Source: a virus. From it: 64,000 nucleotides of DNA. Positions 8,175-18,089 of the stretch are shown here, in pieces; within the stretch, counting starts at the first letter, position 1; each line of letters begins with the position of its first letter. Made by a program: the position numbers and the translations under genes. The notes below the pieces were generated by a model. That model was not told the origin of the DNA, searched no databases, and was given only the letters and a program-made list of their open reading frames with translations. The stretch lies in IMG/VR virus record IMGVR_UViG_3300027835_000143, positions 1-64,000 of that record, one strand, 5' to 3'.

Positions 8175-10877
8175 ATGCCCGCTCCAGTCCTGCCGCTCCG
8201 CGCACGCCTCCTTCTCGCCGTCAAGGCCGTCACCGGCCTCTTCTCTGAGCGTTCCGCGTCCGAGGCCTACGGGATGCTCGCCGGCCTCTGGCCCTCGGCG
8301 TCCGGGCCGATGTCGGAGCGCGGGACGCGCGAGATCCTGGAGGGCTACGGGAAGATGCCCTGGCTCCGCGCCGTCACGCAGAAGATCGGCGAGACGGTCG
8401 CGGCGACGCAGTGGCAGCTCCTCGCGCCGACCGGGCGGACGGCTCCGGAGAAGCTGCGCGGCGCCGTCGCGCTCATCCGGAGCAAGCACCTCCCGGCCGC
8501 CGAGCGGACGCGGCGCGTCAAGGACCTGCTCGCGCAGGAGGATCTGCGCGTCATCGAGGAGCACCCGTTCCTCGACGTCCTCGAGCATCCGAACGAGATG
8601 ATCGTCGGGCAGTCGCTGCTGCACCTGACGCAGGTCCACGTCGACCTCGTCGGCGAGGCGTTCTGGATCAAGGACCGGAACGGCGCCGGGGCGCCGGCCG
8701 GGTTCTGGCCGATCCCGCCGCACTGGGTCCGGCAGACGCCGACGGTCACGCGCCGGAGCTACTCCGTCCAGTGGTCGGCGTGGCAGGGTGACATCCCGGA
8801 CACGGATGTCGTCTGGTTCAAGCACGCGGACCCGGCGAACCCGTACGGGCGCGGCAGCGGCCTCGCGCGGACGCTGGCCGACGAGCTGGAGACGGACGAG
8901 TACGCGGCACGGCACACGCGGATGACGTTCCTGAACCGGGCGCGGCCTGACCTGATCATCTACCCGAAGGAGGGGAAGTTCAACTCCGGGAACACGTCGA
9001 TCGAGAACGCCGACAGGCTCGCTGAGAAGTGGCGGGCCGGGCACCAGGGGTTCCTGCGCGCCGCGCTGCCCTACTTCGCCACGCGCGAGCTAGGCGTGCA
9101 CGAGATGCGGCAGGACTTCGCGGAGCTGCAGCTCGTCGACCTGCGGAAGCACGAGCGCGACGTCATCATCCAGACGTACGGCATGCCTCCGGAAGAACTC
9201 GGCATCACCGAGAGCAGCAACCGCGCGACGGCGAACGTGAGCGAGTTCATCTTCAAGAAGAACCTGATCGTCCCGCGGCTGGAGTTCCTGCGGAGCACGC
9301 TCCAGGAGCGGGTGCTGCCGGAGTACGACGAACGGCTCATCCTGTCCTACGTGTCGCCGGTGAGCGAGGACCGGGAGTTCCTGCTGGAGGTGGCGAAGGC
9401 GCAGCCGGGGACGCTGCTCGTGGACGAGTGGCGGGCGCGGCAGGGGCTGCCGGAGCTGCCGGACGGCGCCGGCCAGGTCTTCCTGATCCCGACGACGGTC
9501 ACGATCCGCCAGGACCTGACGGAGCAGCCGGTGCCGCTCGCGCTCGCGGCGCCGCCGCTCGGGCTGCCGCCGACGCAGCGGGCGCTCCTGCGCCGCGCCG
9601 CCACGGCTGCGGACTGGGGCCAGGCGCTCGCGGCCTGCCGGGACGCCGGTGACACGGCGACGGCGGCGATCATCCGGCGCGAGATGGCGGACGATCCGGA
9701 CGCCCTGCCGGAGCTGTCTCGGCGCGTGGCGCGGCGGGAGCCGGCGTTCCGGCGCCTCGTCGCGGCGCAGCTGACGGCGCTGCGGGAGTCGGCGCCGCTG
9801 GCGACGTGGGAACAGGCCGTCGGGCGCGGCCTCGGCCCGGACGGCGAGGGGGCTGACGGGCTGCTGCCGTGGCACGAGTGGGGCGCGGAGCTGCGCGTCC
9901 AGGTCCGGCCACCGCTGGAGGAGGCGTTCGTCGTCGGCGCGACGGTCGGCGCGGCGGCGGCAGGCGTCAAGCTCGTGCGGTCGGCGGCGCCGGTCGCGAA
10001 GGCGGACCCGCCGCAGTTCGAGTTCAACCGCGCGAACCAGCTCGCCGTCGCGTGGGCGGAGCGGCAGGCGGCGGAGCTGGTCGCCGGCCTGACGGACGTG
10101 ACGAAGGCGGGCGTCCGCGCGGCGGTCGCCGAGGCCCTGCGGCTCGGATGGAGCGCGGAGCGGACGGCGCGCGCGATCCGCGCCTCGGTCGGCCTGACGG
10201 ACCGGCAGGCGGCGTCCGTCGTGAAGTTCGCGGAGCGGCTGGCGGACAAGGACCCGCCTGTCAGCGACGCGCGGCTCTGGGCGCGGGTCGACCGGTACGC
10301 GGACGCGCAGGTGCGGGCGCGGGCGCTCCTGATCGCGCGGACGGAGCTGGCGAGCGCGAGCAGCGCCGGGCAGCAGGAACTGTGGGACAACGCGGCGGCG
10401 GACGGCGTGCTGGACATCTCCGCGCTCCAGAAGGTATGGCTCACAACTGACGACGATGCTTTGTGCGACGAGTGCGAGCCGCTCGGCGAGGAGGAGGTCG
10501 ACGTGGACGGCACCTTCTCGAACGGCGACGACGGGCCGCCGGCCCACCCGGGGTGCCGGTGCGCGAGCGGGCTCGTCCGCACGACGGCGACGGAGGCGCT
10601 CCGGGCCGGCGTCGCGGCGGCGCGCGCGACCGCGGCGAGTAAGGACTTCGCCGACGTCATCAGTGCCGCGGTCTCGGACGGCATCGCCGGCCTCGCGGCG
10701 GCGCTGGATCGCCTGCCCGCGCCTGCCGCGCCGGTCGTCCACGTCCTCCCGGCGACGGTCAACGTCGCCGCACCGGTCGTCAACGTCGCGATCCCTCCGC
10801 GCGGGAAGGTCGTCAGGACGCCGATCCGTGACGCGCACGGGATCATCAGTCACATCATCGAAGAGCCTGCACCGTGA
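8175..10877 (+). CDS. portal protein fused to MuF/SPP1-gp7-like head morphogenesis domain
   Basis: HK97-type portal motifs (LEHPN, LVGEAFW, NPYGRGSG, YGMPPEELG, NRATA); C-terminal IARTE..KVWLT..D...CDEC..PPAHPGCRC. Confidence 0.92.
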   Translation: MPAPVLPLRARLLLAVKAVTGLFSERSASEAYGMLAGLWPSASGPMSERGTREILEGYGKMPWLRAVTQKIGETVAATQWQLLAPTGRTAPEKLRGAVALIRSKHLPAAERTRRVKDLLAQEDLRVIEEHPFLDVLEHPNEMIVGQSLLHLTQVHVDLVGEAFWIKDRNGAGAPAGFWPIPPHWVRQTPTVTRRSYSVQWSAWQGDIPDTDVVWFKHADPANPYGRGSGLARTLADELETDEYAARHTRMTFLNRARPDLIIYPKEGKFNSGNTSIENADRLAEKWRAGHQGFLRAALPYFATRELGVHEMRQDFAELQLVDLRKHERDVIIQTYGMPPEELGITESSNRATANVSEFIFKKNLIVPRLEFLRSTLQERVLPEYDERLILSYVSPVSEDREFLLEVAKAQPGTLLVDEWRARQGLPELPDGAGQVFLIPTTVTIRQDLTEQPVPLALAAPPLGLPPTQRALLRRAATAADWGQALAACRDAGDTATAAIIRREMADDPDALPELSRRVARREPAFRRLVAAQLTALRESAPLATWEQAVGRGLGPDGEGADGLLPWHEWGAELRVQVRPPLEEAFVVGATVGAAAAGVKLVRSAAPVAKADPPQFEFNRANQLAVAWAERQAAELVAGLTDVTKAGVRAAVAEALRLGWSAERTARAIRASVGLTDRQAASVVKFAERLADKDPPVSDARLWARVDRYADAQVRARALLIARTELASASSAGQQELWDNAAADGVLDISALQKVWLTTDDDALCDECEPLGEEEVDVDGTFSNGDDGPPAHPGCRCASGLVRTTATEALRAGVAAARATAASKDFADVISAAVSDGIAGLAAALDRLPAPAAPVVHVLPATVNVAAPVVNVAIPPRGKVVRTPIRDAHGIISHIIEEPAP

Positions 10878-11311
10878 CGGCGCCGGTCCGCGGCATCCGC
10901 CTGGCGACGGTCGCGCGCACCGAGCAGGCGGCGGCGATCGCACGCCGCGTCGTGAGCGGCTGGCTCGACATCTGCGGCGGCGTCAGGCCGGACGACCCGG
11001 ATGCGCCGCCGGAGCGCCGGCTCGCTACGCTGCCGGTGCTGGCCGAGGCGGTGGCTGTCGAGGGCGCGCAGGTCGTCATCTCTGGGCTGGAGGGTGCGGC
11101 CGGCGTGCGCGGCGCCGCGCTCTGGTGGCGGCTCCTGACGCCGGAGGGCGCGGCGATCCTCTCCGGCGACATCGGCCTCCGCGACGTGGACCTGCCGCTT
11201 AGGATCGAGCCAGGGACGATCATGCTGACGCGGCTCGACATCCTCCCTGGCGACGTCGTGCGCGTCGCGCGGCTCGTCGTCGCTGTGCCGGCGCGCGCGG
11301 CACAGGCGTAG
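10874..11311 (+). CDS. putative virion structural protein
   Basis: Resembles a small beta-rich virion protein family (GxRP..D..LATL; GxAxWWRL..ILSGDIG). Confidence 0.5.
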   Translation: MTAPVRGIRLATVARTEQAAAIARRVVSGWLDICGGVRPDDPDAPPERRLATLPVLAEAVAVEGAQVVISGLEGAAGVRGAALWWRLLTPEGAAILSGDIGLRDVDLPLRIEPGTIMLTRLDILPGDVVRVARLVVAVPARAAQA

Positions 11312-11312
11312 G

Positions 11313-13712
11313 ATGGGCATCAGGCACGTCTACTCGAATCAGAAGCCGGACGGGACCGACGCCGGCGTCGTGCGCCCGTCGGACTGGAACTCCGAGCACG
11401 CCTACACGCTGCAGGACGGCGTCTCGCTCGCCGGTACGAACACGGCTGGCGTCCTGGCCGCGATCTCATCCGGCACGCTCCACCTCGCCGGCGGCAGCAA
11501 CATCACGCTCTCGCAGGACGGGAACACGGTCTCCTTCGTCGGAGCCGGCGGCGGGCTGACGAACGTCAAGCTGTCGGCAGGCGCGCTGTCGGCGCTCCGG
11601 AGCGACGTCACCTTCTCGAACGCGAACGGGATCAGCTTCGGCCTAGAGACGAACGGCGCCATCACCGCGACCTACACCGTCCCGTCGGTCCCCGCTCAGA
11701 CCGCGCAGACGCTCGGGCTCTACGGGTCGTCGAACACGCAGTTGACGTCTTCCGGCACGGTCGACGCGCGGTCGTTCACCGTGCGAGCGATGGGGAGCCT
11801 GACCGTCGCCGTATCAGCGAGCGAGATCGTACTGTCGGCGCCGAACGCGATCACGACGGCGATGCTGTCGAACGCGGCGACGCTCAGCAACGTCAGGATC
11901 TCGGCCAGCGGCGGGTCCGCGCTCGGGTCCGACTTCACATTCGCCAACTCGAACGGTTTCACGTTCGGGATCGACACCGCGGCTCGGCAGGTCACAGCTA
12001 GCTACACCGTGCCGAGCGTCCCGGCGCAGACGAACCAGACGGTCGGCCTGTACGCCTCGTCGAACACCTACCTGACGTCGTCGGGCACCGTGGACGCGCG
12101 AAGCCTGTCGTTCCGCGGCGACAAGAGCATCACGATCGGCGTGAGCGCCGGGGAGGTCCTCTTTTCCGTCGGTGCGTACCTCACGACGGCGATGGCATCG
12201 AACCGAGGCAGCGACTTCGTCGCCGCTACCGCCGCCTTCGCCGGGACGAACGCCTCGGGCACGATCAACAGCACCGGCATCTCCGTGTCGGTCGCGGCGC
12301 CCGGCGGCGGGAACGCGCTGACGGTGCAGGACTCGGCGACGACGCTGGCCGTGACGAAGCTCGTCTTCAGCAACGCGAATAACGTCAGCTTCGGCCTCTC
12401 GACGGCTGCGAGCCTGGCGACGGTCACCGCGACGATCACGGTCCCGGCGCAGACGAACCAGAGCGTCGGGCTCTATGCCTCGTCGAACACCATGCTTACC
12501 TCCAGCGGCACCGCCGACGCGCGGTCGCTCAGCTTCCGCGGCATGGGGAACGTGAGCATCGCCGTCAGCGCGAGCGAGGTCGTCATCTCCGTCCCGGCAG
12601 GCGGCGGTGGGATCACGAACGTCAACCTGTCCGCAGGCACGACCAGCCAGAACCTCTCGGCGTTCGTGTTCAGCGACAGCAACCGCCTCTCGTTCGGGCT
12701 CGACGGCTCCACCGTTACGGCCAAGCACGCGCTGAACTTCTCCGCGGGGACGACCAGTAATAACATCTCCGACCAGGTCGTGTTCTCGAACGCGAACGGG
12801 CTCTCGTTCGGGCTGGCCGACAGCACCGTCACAGCGTCTGGCCCGTTCGCGACGCTCGTGCAGTTCGAGCCGTTCCCGCTCGCGAATCCGCTCACGACGA
12901 CGTGGGTGCCTGCTGTGGGGTCGTGGTACGTGCAGCCGTTCGTGCTCCCGCAGCACCTCGCACCGGGGCGCATCAACTACCTCGTCGCGAACTCGAACAC
13001 CAGCCAGGGCGTGTGCCGGCTGTCGAGCGGCAACCTGTTCGCCAGCAACACGACCGGGACGATGTCGGCAGCCTACCGCCTGGCCGACACGTGGGCGCTC
13101 TACACGCGCGGCACGGGCGCCAACGACTCGATCCTCAGTACGATCTGGTCGAACACGCGCCAGATCAGCCTGACGGCGTCCGTGAGCGTGATCCTGACGA
13201 ACGCGTCGCAGGTCAGGCTCAGCGCGTCGCTCACCATCTCATACATAGGCAGCATCGGCACGGACGGGAGCTACACGCTGACGAGCTACGGGACCTCGAC
13301 GAGCACGAGCACGGCCGGGAGCAGCGCGTCGACGACGATCGCGTCGGCCGCGTTCTCGTCGATCTACAACCGGCTGACCGGCTCGATCCTGCAGAACGTC
13401 GGGTTGACGAAGAGCCTGACGCCAGGCAACTACTGGCTCGCCGGCGCCTACAGCACGTCCATCACGACGGGCGGGACGTCGCTGCAGGACATGGTCCCGT
13501 TCGTCCACGAGGTCGGGCTCTATGGCGCCTCGTCGGAGGTCTACCGCGGCTGGCCGAACACGGTCTCTGTGACCAGTTCGCAATACGCGCCCGGCGCCGG
13601 CGTCTGGTCGGCACAGTCGAACGCCGCGCCGAACACGATCGCCTTCAATGCCATCAGGTCGTTCGCGTCGCACGTGACGCAGTACTTCAACGTCCTTCAG
13701 AGTAGCCTTTAA
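11313..13712 (+). CDS. Ser/Thr-rich repeat fibre/appendage protein (799 aa)
   Basis: N-terminal RHVYSNQKPDGTDAGVVRPSDWNSEH; internal repeats; very few charged residues. Confidence 0.75.
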   Translation: MGIRHVYSNQKPDGTDAGVVRPSDWNSEHAYTLQDGVSLAGTNTAGVLAAISSGTLHLAGGSNITLSQDGNTVSFVGAGGGLTNVKLSAGALSALRSDVTFSNANGISFGLETNGAITATYTVPSVPAQTAQTLGLYGSSNTQLTSSGTVDARSFTVRAMGSLTVAVSASEIVLSAPNAITTAMLSNAATLSNVRISASGGSALGSDFTFANSNGFTFGIDTAARQVTASYTVPSVPAQTNQTVGLYASSNTYLTSSGTVDARSLSFRGDKSITIGVSAGEVLFSVGAYLTTAMASNRGSDFVAATAAFAGTNASGTINSTGISVSVAAPGGGNALTVQDSATTLAVTKLVFSNANNVSFGLSTAASLATVTATITVPAQTNQSVGLYASSNTMLTSSGTADARSLSFRGMGNVSIAVSASEVVISVPAGGGGITNVNLSAGTTSQNLSAFVFSDSNRLSFGLDGSTVTAKHALNFSAGTTSNNISDQVVFSNANGLSFGLADSTVTASGPFATLVQFEPFPLANPLTTTWVPAVGSWYVQPFVLPQHLAPGRINYLVANSNTSQGVCRLSSGNLFASNTTGTMSAAYRLADTWALYTRGTGANDSILSTIWSNTRQISLTASVSVILTNASQVRLSASLTISYIGSIGTDGSYTLTSYGTSTSTSTAGSSASTTIASAAFSSIYNRLTGSILQNVGLTKSLTPGNYWLAGAYSTSITTGGTSLQDMVPFVHEVGLYGASSEVYRGWPNTVSVTSSQYAPGAGVWSAQSNAAPNTIAFNAIRSFASHVTQYFNVLQSSL
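11556..12840 (+). repeat. intragenic repeats: 5x F(S/A)(N/D)(A/S)NxxSFG unit and 3x PAQTxQxxGLYxSSNTxLTSSGTxDARS unit
   Basis: Read directly from the translation; boundaries approximate. Confidence 0.85.
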
Positions 13713-13738
13713 CCACGGAATAGAAAGAGAGGAACGCC

Positions 13739-14008
13739 ATGGCATCAGCACTCGCGGTGAGGATTCAGGAAGAGGGCGTCGACGAGGCCGCAGGCACGTT
13801 CTGGCTGCAGTTCCGCGTCTTCTTCTGTAACGACGGAAATTCGGCGTGCTACGTTGACGGCGTCAGGTTCTCATTCGCTATTGCCGCGACGCTCGCGCAG
13901 ATCAAGGCGGCGCTGCAGACGGCGCTCATCGACTTCGCGCTCGCCCAGTACGGGATCGCGCTCCTGCCGAGCGAGATCATCTTCCCGTCGTTCCAGCGCG
14001 GCAGCTAA
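13739..14008 (+). CDS. small hypothetical protein (possible fibre chaperone or tip)
   Basis: Strong RBS; directly follows the fibre. Confidence 0.6.
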   Translation: MASALAVRIQEEGVDEAAGTFWLQFRVFFCNDGNSACYVDGVRFSFAIAATLAQIKAALQTALIDFALAQYGIALLPSEIIFPSFQRGS

Positions 14009-14730
14009 TGAGGCCACAACTCGTCGTGCAGGACTTCGGCGGGTCGCACAACGCCGACCTGACGGGCACGCGCGCGCGGCTGCTCCGTGGCGCCAGCTGG
14101 AAGAAGCAGCGGGTCGTGCTCGTGCTGCCGGCCGCCGACAGCATTCCGGCGAAGGTCGCGCTGTCGCACTGGAACATGATCTTCCCGCCGAACCAGGGCG
14201 TAGTCCGCATCCTCGCACTCGGGATGGAGGTCGGTGACGCCTACTCGACGGCGATCGAACAAGTCCTCGCACACCCGGACCTGTCGGCCTGGGAATACCT
14301 GCTGACCCTCGAGCACGACAACGCACCGCCGCAGGACGGCGTGCTGAAGCTGATCGAGCGGATGGAGGCGCACCCGGAGTTCGCCTGCGTCGGCGGCCTC
14401 TACTTCACGAAGGGCGAGGGCGGCGTGCCGCAGATCTGGGGCGACCCGAGGGACCCGGTCGTCAACTACCGGCCGCAGCTCCCGGTCGCCGGACAGCTGG
14501 TCGAGTGCTGCGGGACCGGCATGGGGTTCAACCTCTGGCGGCTGGCGATGTTCAAGGACGCGCGGCTGCGGAGGCCGTGGTTCAAGACCCTGACAGGAAT
14601 CGAGGGCACCGGCGTCGGCACGCAGGACCTCTACTTCTGGGGCGACGCGCGCAAGTTCGGGTACCGCTGCGCGATCGACTGCGCGGTCACGGTCGGGCAC
14701 TACGACCAGGCGACGGACGTGATGTGGTAG
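14008..14730 (+). CDS. GT-A fold (GT2-like) glycosyltransferase
   Basis: EYLLTLEHDN (DxD equivalent), VGGLYFTK, GTGMGFNL, TQDLYFW, VTVGH. Confidence 0.8.
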   Translation: MRPQLVVQDFGGSHNADLTGTRARLLRGASWKKQRVVLVLPAADSIPAKVALSHWNMIFPPNQGVVRILALGMEVGDAYSTAIEQVLAHPDLSAWEYLLTLEHDNAPPQDGVLKLIERMEAHPEFACVGGLYFTKGEGGVPQIWGDPRDPVVNYRPQLPVAGQLVECCGTGMGFNLWRLAMFKDARLRRPWFKTLTGIEGTGVGTQDLYFWGDARKFGYRCAIDCAVTVGHYDQATDVMW

Positions 14731-14746
14731 GGCGAGGGAGGGACGC

Positions 14747-15352
14747 ATGGCGACGAGGTCGCGGAAGAAGAAAGGCCCGTTCAGGAAGCTGGAGGCGCCG
14801 CTCCTGCGGCTGGACTTCGGGTGCGGGCCGAATCCGCGCGAGGGGTTCGAGGGGGTCGACCGCCTGGCCTTCGGCGGGAAGGTCAGGCACGTCGTCGACC
14901 TGCGCCACGCGCCGTGGCCATGGACGGACGGCTCCGTCGCGGAGGCGTACGCGTCGCACTTCGTGGAGCACCTGACGGCGCCGGAGCGCGTGCTGTTCTG
15001 CAACGAGCTGCACCGGGTGCTCGTGCCGGGCGGGACCTGCCAACTGGTCGTCCCGCACTGGGCGAGCTGCCGCGCCTACGGCGACCCGACGCACCAGTGG
15101 CCGCCGGTCTCCGAGTTCTGGTTCTACTACCTGTCGCGCGAGTGGCGGGTCGGGAAGGACGGGCAGGCCGCCAACGCACCGCACACGGACGTCGCCCACG
15201 ACCCGGCCGGGTTCGCCTGCGACTTCGAGGCGACGTGGGGCTACGGCCTGCGGCCGGACGCGGCCACGCGGAACCCGGAGTGGCAGCAGTTCGCCGTCGC
15301 GAACTACAAGGAGTTCTGCACTGACATCGTGGCGACGCTAAAGAGGCGGTGA
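14747..15352 (+). CDS. class I SAM-dependent methyltransferase
   Basis: LDFGCG, GVD, ASHFVEHL, ELHRVLVPGG, AYGDPTH. Confidence 0.9.
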   Translation: MATRSRKKKGPFRKLEAPLLRLDFGCGPNPREGFEGVDRLAFGGKVRHVVDLRHAPWPWTDGSVAEAYASHFVEHLTAPERVLFCNELHRVLVPGGTCQLVVPHWASCRAYGDPTHQWPPVSEFWFYYLSREWRVGKDGQAANAPHTDVAHDPAGFACDFEATWGYGLRPDAATRNPEWQQFAVANYKEFCTDIVATLKRR

Positions 15353-15357
15353 CGTAG

Positions 15358-15849
15358 ATGGTGACCGCCTTCCAGGCTGACGCCGTCCAGACTGACGCCT
15401 TCCAGGTTGACACCGCTACGGCGACCGTCGTCGTCGGCCCACCGTCGCCGCCGACAGGCGTGTGGATACGGAGGCCGCCGAGGTACTACATCCCTGGCGT
15501 CGACGTCGTCGAGATCATCACCGGGCGCGGCAACGCCGTCATCCCCGTGCTCACGGCGAGCGGGCACGGTTCGGTCTCCGCGGCGTCGGACATCGTCGCG
15601 GCGACAGTAGCGCTCGCGGGCGCGTCGGCGTCCGGCCACGGTACTGTCGGCGCGCGCGTGGAGTCCGCAGCGGCACGCGTCCCCGCCGGTACCGCCGTCG
15701 CGTCCGGGGACGGGACCGTCGTCGCTGGCATCACGTGCGCGTCGGCGCGCGTCGAACTCGTCTCGGCCGTAGCGGTCAGCGGCTTCATTGACGTCGACCG
15801 GCGCCCGCTCCTCCTCGCGCAGGACGACGAGCTGCTGCTGTATGACTGA
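15358..15849 (+). CDS. putative virion protein with N-terminal AFQ repeat
   Basis: AFQADAVQTDAFQVD; three ASG(H/D)G(S/T)V repeats; C-terminal DDELLL. Confidence 0.6.
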   Translation: MVTAFQADAVQTDAFQVDTATATVVVGPPSPPTGVWIRRPPRYYIPGVDVVEIITGRGNAVIPVLTASGHGSVSAASDIVAATVALAGASASGHGTVGARVESAAARVPAGTAVASGDGTVVAGITCASARVELVSAVAVSGFIDVDRRPLLLAQDDELLLYD

Positions 15850-15912
15850 TTTGGTAGCCGAGTGAGACTGACGAGTAGTAAGCTAAGCCGTACCGCACAA
15901 CACGAGCACGCT

Positions 15913-16168
15913 ATGCCGGACCCGGCCGTCATACTCATCACGGCGTCGATCGCGGGCATGTCCTGCGCTTTCGTCTATGTCGTCTCGAGGTCGCGCAGGC
16001 GGCGGGCGCGCGCGCGCCCGCAGGTACTGGCAGGCGCGGTTCGCCTGGCGCCAGCAGGTCCGCGCGGAACTCAGGCGGCAGGGACAGGCGGCGGTCGGCC
16101 GCGCGGCGCCGCGGCCGGTGCGCCGATCGGCCGCGCGCGAGATCCAGCGGAAGGCTCTACAGCGATGA
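15913..16168 (+). pseudogene. small membrane protein with apparent +1 frameshift near 16018
   Basis: TM segment in one frame; plausible continuation RYWQARFAWRQQ.. in the +1 frame, ending in an ATGA overlap. Confidence 0.4.
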
Positions 16169-16563
16169 CGTCCCGCGCGCTGCATTCGGATACGTTCGGA
16201 GACGTCGTCAACGTATATATCGAGCAGCGACGCGAGACGATCGACGTTACGTCCGTCTCGGATGTATCCCGCAGGTTCATGCCAGGACCGAGGGTGACCG
16301 ATCTTACGCTGGAGATCGCATGGCCGACAGACGTCGCGCTCCCCTTCTTCGGCGGCGAAGAGTTCGACGTCGAAGAGACGTTCATGGTCCCCGGCGGCCG
16401 CGCGGCCCGCGTCGCTGGCCGCGCCTATGTCGCAGATAGGTCTAGGATCAGCCTCAGGGCCACGATGACCGTGACCTTGCGCGGTGCGCTCACGGTCACT
16501 GCCGTCGACCCAACCGCCGAATCCATCCGCCGCCGCGTCCGCGAGATCCGAAGGAGCCTCTGA
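16165..16563 (+). CDS. hypothetical protein with tail-tube-like ETIDVTS..RRFMPG motif
   Basis: C-terminal part of ORF 15862..16563; ATG at 16165. Confidence 0.5.
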   Translation: MTSRALHSDTFGDVVNVYIEQRRETIDVTSVSDVSRRFMPGPRVTDLTLEIAWPTDVALPFFGGEEFDVEETFMVPGGRAARVAGRAYVADRSRISLRATMTVTLRGALTVTAVDPTAESIRRRVREIRRSL

Positions 16564-17327
16564 TGCCGAGCGCGAGCCCGCCGATCACACCATACGTCCT
16601 CTCACCGCACGTCGCGGACCTCGTCGTCGAGGACGGAGGCGTCCGCTACCGCGACGAGTCGCTCCGCCGGAGGAAGGTCGCCATCTGCGGCGGGCCTGGC
16701 CAGCGCGACATGCCGTGGGACGATCCGGCGTACGAGTGCTGGGCGATGAACAACTTCTGGAACGGCGCGCGCGACAGCCAGGGACGGATCGCGGCGAGCC
16801 GGTGGTTCGAGCAGCACCAGATCTTCCCGGATCCGGACGGTCTGCACTACCTGGACGAGATCCAGAATGCGAACGATCTGGCGTGGATCCGCGAGTGCCC
16901 GGTCCCGCTCTACACGACGGAGCCGTTCCCGGAGAACCCGACGGCGGTCGTCTTTGACGTCGACGCGCTCGTCGCGAAGGGCTACCGCGACTACTTCACC
17001 TGCACGTTCGCCTACCAGGTCGCGCTCGCGCTCGACGAGGGGTTCCGTGAGCTGCGCGTCTGCGGCATCGAGCTGCTGCTCGGGACGAAGCGCGAAGCGA
17101 CGGTCGAATCCGCGTGCTTCAACTACTGGCTCGGCCTCGCCGAGGGACGTGGGATGCGGATCGATCTCGCGCCGTGCATTGGCCGGTCGGTCGCGTTCGG
17201 CCGCATGGCGCCAGAGTCGCAGTTCCTGCTGAACCACCCATGGCGGTACGGCCATGAGTACTGGCTCGAAGCGGACTTCACTGCGTTTTTCGTCTCGCGG
17301 TGGGATACGAAGAAGGTCGCTGTATGA
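16563..17327 (+). CDS. Maf/sialyltransferase-like putative glycosyltransferase, paralog 1
   Basis: KVAICGG..WDDPAYECWAMN; YFTCTFAYQVALALDEGFRELRVCGIEL; paralog of 23951..24883. Confidence 0.55.
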   Translation: MPSASPPITPYVLSPHVADLVVEDGGVRYRDESLRRRKVAICGGPGQRDMPWDDPAYECWAMNNFWNGARDSQGRIAASRWFEQHQIFPDPDGLHYLDEIQNANDLAWIRECPVPLYTTEPFPENPTAVVFDVDALVAKGYRDYFTCTFAYQVALALDEGFRELRVCGIELLLGTKREATVESACFNYWLGLAEGRGMRIDLAPCIGRSVAFGRMAPESQFLLNHPWRYGHEYWLEADFTAFFVSRWDTKKVAV

Positions 17328-17779
17328 GTCACCGCGTCTGGCACGTCAAGGCGCTCCGGCTCGAATGGTGGAAGACGCACACCATGTTCGGCGCGGCGAC
17401 CTACACGCTGCGGTGCCGGTTCCTGAGATGGGAGCCAGGCATCGAACTGACGGTCTATCCGAAGCAGCCGAATGAGGTGACGCTTGAAGCTCCGATTAAG
17501 GTGACCATCGAGCGCGCCGCTGAGCATGGCGGGACGATCACCTGGTCGGACGTCTACCTCTGCATCAGCCGGCAGCACGAGACGCCGCAGTTCGCGTCGA
17601 AGCGACTGCATACGCCGCAAGGGCCGTGCGAGTATTGCGAGCCGTGCGCGGAGTGGGCGCTGAAGATCCACGAGACGCTCGGCTGTCACGTCCACGTCGA
17701 GCGGCTGGAGCCTATCGCGACGCTCGTGGACCGGATCCGCGCAGTCGCAGAGAGGCTCACGTCTACGAAGGAGGGCTAG
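17324..17779 (+). CDS. hypothetical protein
   Basis: ATGA-coupled ORF; PCEYCEPC. Confidence 0.55.
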   Translation: MSHRVWHVKALRLEWWKTHTMFGAATYTLRCRFLRWEPGIELTVYPKQPNEVTLEAPIKVTIERAAEHGGTITWSDVYLCISRQHETPQFASKRLHTPQGPCEYCEPCAEWALKIHETLGCHVHVERLEPIATLVDRIRAVAERLTSTKEG

Positions 17780-17783
17780 ACAG

Positions 17784-18089
17784 ATGGCGGTGACACGCAA
17801 CGTGAACGTACCAGCTTCGGCGCAGCCGACGATCGAAGGCATGGTCAGGCGGATGCTCGACGCGGTCGACGGGAAGCCGGCGGTGCAGGGCGAACTCGCG
17901 ACGCTCTACGCCTACTGTCACATCGCCGGCGGCTGCCGCGAGATGCCGGCCGAGACGCGCGCGCGGCGGATCTCGCTCATCGTGCAGGCGGCGCAGACGT
18001 TCTTGTGTGGCGAGATCGTCCGCGTCGCGGCGATACCGGATAAGGAGGTCATCGGCCTAACTTCGACGGCGTCGGCGACATGTCACTGA
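17784..18089 (+). CDS. hypothetical protein
   Basis: GGAGG RBS. Confidence 0.5.
   Translation: MAVTRNVNVPASAQPTIEGMVRRMLDAVDGKPAVQGELATLYAYCHIAGGCREMPAETRARRISLIVQAAQTFLCGEIVRVAAIPDKEVIGLTSTASATCH

Noticed and set aside
15868-15912. CTGACGAG as a hammerhead ribozyme core
   Set aside because: No stem II or downstream GAAA; more likely a promoter-containing spacer
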